Below, piece by piece: positions 56,901 through 62,764 of a stretch of DNA of 62,764 nucleotides. The stretch's first letter is position 1; each line of letters begins with the position of its first letter. This DNA comes from a virus. Taxonomy: Duplodnaviria; Caudoviricetes. The notes beneath the pieces were generated by a model, which was not told the DNA's origin, ran no database searches, and saw only the letters and a list, made by a program, of their open reading frames with translations. The stretch spans positions 1 through 62,764 of IMG/VR virus record IMGVR_UViG_3300003868_000001; one strand, 5' to 3'. The position numbers and the translations under genes were made by a program.

Positions 56901-57065
56901 GAGGCTGCTTACGACACCAGCACCACCCAAGACGAAGAGCGCACGCTTGAGCAGAAAAATGCCCCGAGTGGCTTTGTTCGCAGACTCACCGATTTCATCG
57001 ATACGGCGCTTGATAACTCGAGCGCCGTTCTCAACAAAGTTGACTGTGACGGTTTCAGTAACCAT
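53907..57065 (-). CDS. Tape measure protein
   Basis: 1052 aa, Ala-rich; tape_meas N-terminal QLGQ.L....L.GDEL.SV.EQ motif. Confidence 0.92.
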   Translation of the reverse strand: MVTETVTVNFVENGARVIKRRIDEIGESANKATRGIFLLKRALFVLGGAGVVSSLAKMTDALTNMENKLRLTSNSTANLEAVQSKLFESANRSRSAVEATASIYSRIALSARNLGASQEQVIAVTETLQKAAVISGASAQEANAALIQLGQGLASDRLSGDELRSVLEQLPFVADILVDYLNKTGQFGKVTRGTLRELGTEGKLTADIVFKAIEAAQSGVDALFAETNPTIEQAFNVARNNILKFIDDFDDATGASAKLAKAIIVVSENIDFIVAALALVAGGFALSFGASVLATINGYAAGFTRAGAAIARYASIQVASATSQVAATTAVLADSRARLANIQTRSVQIGATLRNAQAEYAEATAVFQGGRARSTATGQFIGMQAARDRLTAATIRLTAAENANNIATGRSVALSAQTTAAETAQAAARTRLAGATAAQSGILVRLAATFPLLTGVIRGATAAIGIFSAALLANPIGLVIAAITALLILFFTLGDKIKVTADGVVSFKDATVAAFQLLFEALAPFVGPVWDAISNALAATRDFIVDAAGVISTAFFNAVENIIDAFTFIPRVVIGVVAGVIAAFQALPGQAAAVATGIANALIGGFEAFANGAIKAINTVIRALNALLSFVGAEKAAELFGFSGQLSELSEVTLPRFTGAAADAGVEAGDAFINGFNKVYEGGKIANIGTGIANALAPVGDAIIDRARQNIANEPPKAGALEDLAGTNPGGPGAGAGGGGGAGGANEKSFAQELAEIQQKIELEKQYGLQKEINNQILAIEKTLKRDLSATEKEQVATAVQLLEISKAYGSILEEIRGPQEALQIGQAALNQLFAEGAINLENYNTKLRELQINADKAANTIGGGFRAAIAGSIQSAGEFGEALGGVVVGAAGKAADAIVEFAKTGKLNIRAFFADLFAQLLKLAAQRLLLSFLGGFLGIPGAGLGGGGGGLGFATGGSILPSGPGSTDSQVVAFAKRPDERVDILTPGQQNAQKNGKGEGGGTTIVQSPPVNIAAVLSPNDIIGVFDTGGDTQIINILQRNSSTVKQIAQS

Positions 57066-57544
57066 TAGATGTCGCCTCCGTCACTGCCACCGGAATTGCT
57101 GAAGATCTTAAATCCACGAAGCACCGCTTGGGCCTCACGGATAGAAACCTCAACAGCACCCGGAAGCAAGGCTTTGTCGAGATATGGTACGTTGTTCGAG
57201 ATGATGATGGCAGTCTTCAGACCGACACCTGACACACCTTTCACACCGTTGATGCGAGCGTTACCAGCAGCGATCGTGGCGTTGGCATTCGCAGTCTCGG
57301 AGGTTCCTCGTCCGGTGCCTTTGCTGCCCTTCGCATGGGGAGCGTAAGCCTCAATGACAGCAGTCGTAGGAGCGCCGATACCGACCCGCCAGTTGGAGCG
57401 GGCTTTCCCGGTATCGACTTTGGTATTCTGGACAAGGGAGCGAAGAGTGCGTTTAGCCATGCTGCGAACAAGTTCAGCGGCCGAGTTCTCAACCTGACGT
57501 CCCCGACGTCTGATGTTTTTCGAGAACTGGATGAGATCGGCCAT
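57065..57544 (-). CDS. HK97 gp10-like tail/neck protein
   Basis: VDTG.AR.NW...NNVPY. Confidence 0.75.
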   Translation of the reverse strand: MADLIQFSKNIRRRGRQVENSAAELVRSMAKRTLRSLVQNTKVDTGKARSNWRVGIGAPTTAVIEAYAPHAKGSKGTGRGTSETANANATIAAGNARINGVKGVSGVGLKTAIIISNNVPYLDKALLPGAVEVSIREAQAVLRGFKIFSNSGGSDGGDI

Positions 57545-57831
57545 TACTTCTGCTTCTTTGCTTGATACTTTATGTAGACGGTGTCCATCGCGATGATGTG
57601 ATGGTGCATCGCCTCTTGCTGCTCTTCATCAAGTCCCTTCACCATGCAGTATTGTTCAATCGCGAGCCACGGGATAGGTCCGATGCCGAAGCCAATTTGC
57701 CGCGAAGAAGTTAACTCCAGAAAGCCTATGTAGTATAGTTCAAGCCCCGGCATAATGCTAGGGGCATTTTCTATACGACTAGGTATGGGCTGGCCGGTTT
57801 TCACGGCCTGCTCAATGATCTGTTGTTCCAC
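57544..57831 (-). CDS. Tail assembly chaperone, frameshift extension (gpT-like)
   Basis: In -1 frame from the slippery site; R..GFG.GPIPW.AI..Y. Confidence 0.75.
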   Translation of the reverse strand: MEQQIIEQAVKTGQPIPSRIENAPSIMPGLELYYIGFLELTSSRQIGFGIGPIPWLAIEQYCMVKGLDEEQQEAMHHHIIAMDTVYIKYQAKKQK

Positions 57832-57840
57832 CGCCCCACT

Positions 57841-57876
57841 CTGGAGTTGATACTCCAGGACGGCTGTCAGTTTCCC
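57841..57876 (-). other. Programmed -1 frameshift site
   Basis: G GGA AAC before TGA, then hairpin CTGGAGT-ATCA-ACTCCAG; -1 frame open into 57831 ORF. Confidence 0.8.
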
Positions 57877-58295
57877 GAGTCTTCCTCGATTTCCTGCTTC
57901 CGGAAGTTCGAGATCGAGTTCGCCTGTTCCTGCACGTCGATGAACAGGTTGGGCAGAGCCTCGAAAACCTTCTGGACTTCTTCCTTGTTGAAGGGAAGGA
58001 TCTCGCCGTCGCGGCCTTCGATGCCGGGCTTCCAGCCGTTGTCGCCCTTGACTTGCCAGTCGAGCACGATTGTCTTGGCATAGATGTCGGACATGATCGC
58101 CATGGAGCGTTCGTTCGAAACTGCTCCGGCCTGCATGGCACGGCGAATCGGCTTCAGAGCCTTTTCGGCATAGCGCACATATTTCTTGTTGCCCTGACCA
58201 GCCGAGGCAACCTTCACACGGAAGTCGCCATAGTCCAGCCAGATGCCAGCGTTTTCGAGGTCCTCATCGGTCTCGAAAATGTCATACATACCCAT
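57867..58295 (-). CDS. Tail assembly chaperone (gpG-like)
   Basis: Between tube and TMP genes; ends in slippery site. Confidence 0.8.
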   Translation of the reverse strand: MGMYDIFETDEDLENAGIWLDYGDFRVKVASAGQGNKKYVRYAEKALKPIRRAMQAGAVSNERSMAIMSDIYAKTIVLDWQVKGDNGWKPGIEGRDGEILPFNKEEVQKVFEALPNLFIDVQEQANSISNFRKQEIEEDSGN

Positions 58296-58332
58296 CTTTA
58301 ATCTCCTGTTCTAGGTGGGGTAGACGCCGCGA

Positions 58333-59892
58333 TTACGCGGCGTCCGGTACATAGTTGAAGAAGGTCACCAGCAGCGTGTGATCGAGATCGGCGCTGATGT
58401 CTTGACCAGATGCAGCATCCGTGTTGAGCGGAAGCGTGATCGGCTGGTCAATTTCGACGCTGAGACGCCCGTCGCCCAAAGAGATGAGCGGCAGATCATA
58501 GACCAGCGCCGTGTTGTCTTTCACGAAGCTGATGTCGAGCGTCACGCTTGCGTTGTTGCGAACAGCCTGTGTCGCAGCAACAGTGGAGAAGTAGGCCGTC
58601 AGCGAGCCGGACACGTTGAACGTACCAGCCGTCACGTCGAAGGCACCGAGAACACCGACCGCCTTGTTGGGCGTGACGTTGTTGTTGATCGCGATGCTTG
58701 CTTCCGTGACGTAGGCGAACAGAGCCGAGGAGGCTTCGTCCACATCAGACACGACACCCAGACGGATGCGGCCGATGTCGCTCGAGGTGTTGTACTCTTG
58801 AGCAACCCGGAAGTCCTGGACGTTGCTCTGCTTCGGGCCAGTCGCTGCGTCGCGCTGAGAGTTGTCCGTGGCGACGAAGGTCACGTCGACGTTCGCAAGT
58901 TCAGCTTGCGGAATGTTCAGCGTGAATTCGTTCGGCACAGCACCGATCAGAACTTCGGACTGGATTTGAGCGGGCGAAGCATCGTCAGGAGCGCCGAGCG
59001 TGCGTTCCACGTTGTAGGTCCGGCGCTTGATGAGAGAGCCAGTTTCGTTGCGAAGAACATCGCCGTAGTAGAGGCGAATGGTCTTGCCAGCGACACCTGC
59101 ATCGGCCACCATGACAGCGTCCGACTTGTCGAACGTGATTGCGTCAGCAGTGATCGAGCGCACGCGCTTAAAGCCGTTGTTCACAGCCGCTGTGAAAGTG
59201 TTGGCCGCGAGATCACCACCGATATAGACCCACTGACCGGGAACCAGACCTAGAGTGGTCAGATCGGCGACAGCAGTCGAGGTCAGAGCAGGAAGGTTCC
59301 CGCTGACGTCGATCGCTGCGTCTGCATCAGCGAACTGGAAGCCAACGACCTTGATGTCAGCACCAGTCGGCGGCGAAGCTTCTGCGACCAGCGAACCAGT
59401 GGCGACTTCGATCGAAGTAGCAGCAACGACCGCTGTCACCCGATTGACGCCGTTGTTCTGAGAGTTCGCAAAACCACGACCGATGATCAGATTGCCAACG
59501 ATGAAGCCGGTGGTCGATGCGACTTCGTATTCGTCAGGGTTTGCACCATCGATGTCGACGGCAGTCACCAACTGCACACCTTGAGCACGAATGTCAGCGA
59601 ACATGACACCTTGCATGAGATCGGTCAGGTTTTCGAACGTCAGGTTCTGATTGATGCCACCAGTCGCGTTCAGATCAGTGGTCACACCCTTGCGCCGCTG
59701 ACGCGACGGGTTGATCGGGTTCGGAGCAACGGTGATGATCTCACCGCCGAAATCGTTGTAGCTGTTGGGGTTCAGTCGATACCAGACTGGTGTACCCCCG
59801 AGTCCGCCTTCACCGGGGAGCAGGCCGAGCTGAGCTTCCTCAGCGTAGGCAAGGCCGGTGATATTGGAGTCGATCTTTGGGACCTGTGCCAT
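58333..59892 (-). CDS. Major tail (tube) protein
   Basis: SN.TGL.YAEE...; G.F.VSGSLTAYF; position. Confidence 0.85.
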   Translation of the reverse strand: MAQVPKIDSNITGLAYAEEAQLGLLPGEGGLGGTPVWYRLNPNSYNDFGGEIITVAPNPINPSRQRRKGVTTDLNATGGINQNLTFENLTDLMQGVMFADIRAQGVQLVTAVDIDGANPDEYEVASTTGFIVGNLIIGRGFANSQNNGVNRVTAVVAATSIEVATGSLVAEASPPTGADIKVVGFQFADADAAIDVSGNLPALTSTAVADLTTLGLVPGQWVYIGGDLAANTFTAAVNNGFKRVRSITADAITFDKSDAVMVADAGVAGKTIRLYYGDVLRNETGSLIKRRTYNVERTLGAPDDASPAQIQSEVLIGAVPNEFTLNIPQAELANVDVTFVATDNSQRDAATGPKQSNVQDFRVAQEYNTSSDIGRIRLGVVSDVDEASSALFAYVTEASIAINNNVTPNKAVGVLGAFDVTAGTFNVSGSLTAYFSTVAATQAVRNNASVTLDISFVKDNTALVYDLPLISLGDGRLSVEIDQPITLPLNTDAASGQDISADLDHTLLVTFFNYVPDAA

Positions 59893-59904
59893 ACTTGGCC
59901 TCCT

Positions 59905-60321
59905 TTACTTTGTTTCAGTGTATTCGAAGTCTATGAGCACGTTGGTCTGGAAGAAAGTACCAAACCGACCGAGTTCATTGACGCGAACATTACGGAACCA
60001 AACTCCATTGGGTGAAGACACACCTTCATATGCGTCGGCCACCACCTTAGCCAAGGCATAGGCATTTGACAAGCCAGAACCTGATGGAGTGTGGATAGTG
60101 ATAATCGCAACACCGAGTCGCAAAAAGCTTCTCCGTCCACGACCTCCCAGACTATCTTGCTGTCCAGCCGCATGACGGACAACGACCATCGCCCACGGCG
60201 ACTGATCCTCATCTCTTTGATCTCTGACATCTTCGTAGAACAGTTTGTGACCAGTCGGGTCCCAGACTGTTTTCAACAGAGCCAGAATTTCATCATTCGC
60301 TTGGGCGTAAGTCAGTGTCAC
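59905..60321 (-). CDS. Tail terminator (DUF4128-like)
   Basis: G...I.I.TP.GSG...WFRN....E.G. Confidence 0.75.
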   Translation of the reverse strand: MTLTYAQANDEILALLKTVWDPTGHKLFYEDVRDQRDEDQSPWAMVVVRHAAGQQDSLGGRGRRSFLRLGVAIITIHTPSGSGLSNAYALAKVVADAYEGVSSPNGVWFRNVRVNELGRFGTFFQTNVLIDFEYTETK

Positions 60322-60716
60322 CTTCTTACTCCAATATAACCGAGAAGAGTGATCTCAGCAGGTCGAAGAGACTGAGTCGCTTCGATGTTGAAATAGACAC
60401 CTTCATCAAGAACTTGTGTGTATTGATGGAGATCGCTTTCACCAGCGAACACGATGTAAACATATTCAGAGAGTGAGATCAATCCATCAAGGCGGCTGGC
60501 ATCGCCCAAGGCGGCAAGCCCAAAGATACGGACAGCGTTCGGCAGAAGCTGAATGGCCGGAACAATCAATCCAGTTTCAGGAGCGGAGAAAGATCCATTC
60601 CAAGGTTTTGAAGGATCTACTGCTGTCTCGTTCTTTCGAATGAGAGTTACAGTCCTACCGCTTTGGGTGACAAGCTGTTGAGCTTTTGCTGCGAGTTTGG
60701 CATAGTCGATCGCCAT
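60318..60716 (-). CDS. Head-tail joining/closure protein
   Basis: IDY..LA..A..L....GR...L; position. Confidence 0.7.
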   Translation of the reverse strand: MAIDYAKLAAKAQQLVTQSGRTVTLIRKNETAVDPSKPWNGSFSAPETGLIVPAIQLLPNAVRIFGLAALGDASRLDGLISLSEYVYIVFAGESDLHQYTQVLDEGVYFNIEATQSLRPAEITLLGYIGVRR

Positions 60717-61597
60717 TACCGAATGACCCCACCACTGGAGGAAATCAGGCTGGAGAGCAGCCGGTCAGCAGCAGGATACTTCTGGAAGATCTGAATAGTA
60801 GAGCCGCCGATGAACTCACGTTCAGTTTCGATTGGCCCCACCTTGTCGAAAGCGCGAACCAGTTGTCCACCAGTCGCTTCAACTTCAGGATCAGGCATCA
60901 GCGCGCTTGACAGCGCCCGCTCAGCATACTCAGCGACAGCTTGCTTGAGAACTTCAGGGATACCCTCTATCAGGATACCTGTCGGCGAGTACAGATAGGC
61001 TCTTGGGAATTCCAACACCTGATCGGCTTCGTCAGCACCACCAGTCAATTCGGTATAGTCCCAGACATGCTGAGGATTGCTCGCAGACACAGGGATGGCT
61101 GTTGCCAGCACACCAGCCACCAGTGCCCGCACAATGACGTCCCCCACCCCTGCCAGGACGGCCCCAGAGGCGCTTGGATGGGCCACTGTGCCCACACCCC
61201 CACCCGTGCCCGCCATAGCTGCCACAAGGGCTCCTGTGGCGTCTGCCAGCGTCGCACCAATGGTCACTTCGTTTGCAATGGCGGCAGCAGCGCGGAAAGT
61301 GTACGTCACAGTCCCGATTGTGATAGTGTTGCCGTCGACAGGCAGAACGCGAAGCTGCAGAATGCTAGAGGCGAACACGGTCAGATCGGTGAACTGCTTT
61401 TCACCCAAGAAACGAGGGCCGAAGCGACGATCGATGTAATCAGTCGCTGCAATAATCGCTGCGTCCTTGATCGCATCGGAGGCTGCGTCCCACGCAGTTG
61501 CACGATTGCGCTTCAGGAGGTAGTTGCGAACGAAACCCCGGCCAGCGTAGGCATTCGCTTCGTAGATACCTGTTCCGTTTTCTACGATGAGTGTCAT
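60716..61597 (-). CDS. Head-tail adaptor (DnaT-like) with ~120-aa insert
   Basis: LIVE.GTG...AN.Y...ATDYID..F.G; Q.LEFPR; KVGPIETE. Confidence 0.75.
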   Translation of the reverse strand: MTLIVENGTGIYEANAYAGRGFVRNYLLKRNRATAWDAASDAIKDAAIIAATDYIDRRFGPRFLGEKQFTDLTVFASSILQLRVLPVDGNTITIGTVTYTFRAAAAIANEVTIGATLADATGALVAAMAGTGGGVGTVAHPSASGAVLAGVGDVIVRALVAGVLATAIPVSASNPQHVWDYTELTGGADEADQVLEFPRAYLYSPTGILIEGIPEVLKQAVAEYAERALSSALMPDPEVEATGGQLVRAFDKVGPIETEREFIGGSTIQIFQKYPAADRLLSSLISSSGGVIR

Positions 61598-61956
61598 TAT
61601 GAGACTATCCTGGTGTTGCTTACAAAAATGGATCTGTTTTTCAAAGCGTCTCTGACGATCTCACGAACAGACCAGCTTTGACCAGTCGTCACAACTGTTC
61701 CGCCAACGTAAGTTTGCCAATCACCTGAATTGAGTTTCATCTGTTTGTGAAGCTCATTTGAGAAATTGTAAGTTCCCCAAGAAACAGCAGAAGACAATAT
61801 CACACCGTTGCTAAGAACAGCCAGAGATGGAGGAGTGCCTGTGATGACATTTCCTTTTCGTTCTCTTTCAAGACGACGTTTTCTGCTGTAGAACATCGCA
61901 GCCCGGACTCTGTTGTCCGTAAGACCTCCAAGTTCCAGGCTGCGCTTCATTACCAT
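61597..61956 (-). CDS. Hypothetical virion protein
   Basis: GAGG RBS; TAATG-coupled. Confidence 0.55.
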   Translation of the reverse strand: MVMKRSLELGGLTDNRVRAAMFYSRKRRLERERKGNVITGTPPSLAVLSNGVILSSAVSWGTYNFSNELHKQMKLNSGDWQTYVGGTVVTTGQSWSVREIVRDALKNRSIFVSNTRIVS

Positions 61957-61959
61957 GGA

Positions 61960-62616
61960 TTACCTCGTCGGGCGCTGACCCCCACGAGCAGTCTTGCGAG
62001 CGAAGGCCCGGTCGATGGCAGCGCGAGGATCGAGTTTCATCAGATCTGACGGTTTCAAACCGCCGAGCGCGTCCTTGATCGCTTTCGCTTTCGCGTTGCG
62101 GTTTTCGGCCGACGCCTTGATGTAGGCTTGGATCGCTTGCTGGTTGGTCATGTCCGGGATCAGCGTTTTGATCCAGGCGCGGGTCGTGGCGAGGCTGAGT
62201 TTCAGCTTGCGGCTGACCTCGTCCATTTCTTTCTGGCGAACAGCCAGTTCTGCCATTTGCTCGATCAGAAGCTTCTCGACTTCCGGCAGCAGAGACACGG
62301 GCAGACCCTTCAGAACCTTCTCGGCCAGTTCTTCAGGAAGCATCGGCTCCATTTCGGCGAAAGCTTCCAGAAGCGAAGTGTCCAGTTCAGGCTCTTCGTC
62401 AAGTTCCGGCTCTTCATCGACTTTCGGTTCTTCGTCCGTCAGTGCCGACAGATCAGGGTTTTCACGCGTGAACTTCGGGGCAGCGTCAGTGATTTCCTTG
62501 CGGCTCACGGTCTTGCCGACGATCTCGCTGACAGCCTTCGTCGCGGGCACACCAGCGTCGGTCCACTGTTCGTCGTTGAAAGGGTCAAGCTGACCGAGTG
62601 CTTCTTTGATATCCAT
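61960..62616 (-). CDS. Hypothetical head-module protein
   Basis: AL..LDP.NDEQWT..G.P...RKEI..AAP.FTR motif. Confidence 0.7.
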   Translation of the reverse strand: MDIKEALGQLDPFNDEQWTDAGVPATKAVSEIVGKTVSRKEITDAAPKFTRENPDLSALTDEEPKVDEEPELDEEPELDTSLLEAFAEMEPMLPEELAEKVLKGLPVSLLPEVEKLLIEQMAELAVRQKEMDEVSRKLKLSLATTRAWIKTLIPDMTNQQAIQAYIKASAENRNAKAKAIKDALGGLKPSDLMKLDPRAAIDRAFARKTARGGQRPTR

Positions 62617-62673
62617 TGTATCTACCTCTTGGGTTCAGGTGGTGGGAGAAGCCCAAGAAGGGCTTCTGCCTTA

Positions 62674-62764
62674 GTCGTCGAGCATCGTGGTGACAACCAC
62701 TTCGAGAACGCCACGGGCACGAATGATGACGACAGTGTCATCAGTGATGTTCGCAGCATCGACG
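62674..62764. repeat. Terminal overlap identical to 1-91
   Basis: Exact match. Confidence 0.95.

Noticed and set aside
54570-57068. Long plus-strand ORFs (832 aa here; also 29230-31122, 36986-38464, 714-1709)
   Set aside because: Antisense shadows of well-supported minus-strand genes with no recognisable motifs
62674-62764. 91-bp terminal repeat as a biological DTR
   Set aside because: It falls inside a CDS that reads through the junction; typical assembler overlap of a circular contig

Overview
Apparently complete, circularly assembled tailed-phage genome of 62,673 bp (bases 1-91 are repeated at 62674-62764). The gene set is YuA/M6/phiJL001-like siphovirus; nearly all genes are on the minus strand and no integrase was recognised. 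A Rhodobacterales-type alphaproteobacterial host is inferred from a VPLPA-CTERM sorting signal and a CtrA box. Modules: head (TerS, TerL, portal, scaffold, MCP), tail (tube, frameshifted chaperones, TMP, tip), lysis (GH108 endolysin, spanins), replication (PolA, primase-helicase, SNF2 and RecD-like helicases, ligase, class II RNR) and about 13 kb of small early genes. The most notable system is a thymidine-hypermodification cluster: dCTP deaminase, dUMP hydroxymethylase, HD hydrolase, DUF3310, a 5-hmdU DNA kinase-like protein, a GT-B glycosyltransferase and an FkbM methyltransferase, with no amino-acid:DNA transferase recognised. The DNA carries a matching footprint. TC/GA dinucleotides are abundant generally, but absent from a 28-42 bp window over the melting region of 13 of 15 minus-strand sigma70-like promoters, from a 200-bp stretch between terS and terL, and from the interior of a 110-bp element present twice. 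My inference is a bulky, TC-context sugar-type thymine modification with deliberately unmodified functional windows. All family assignments come from motif recognition by eye, not database searches.
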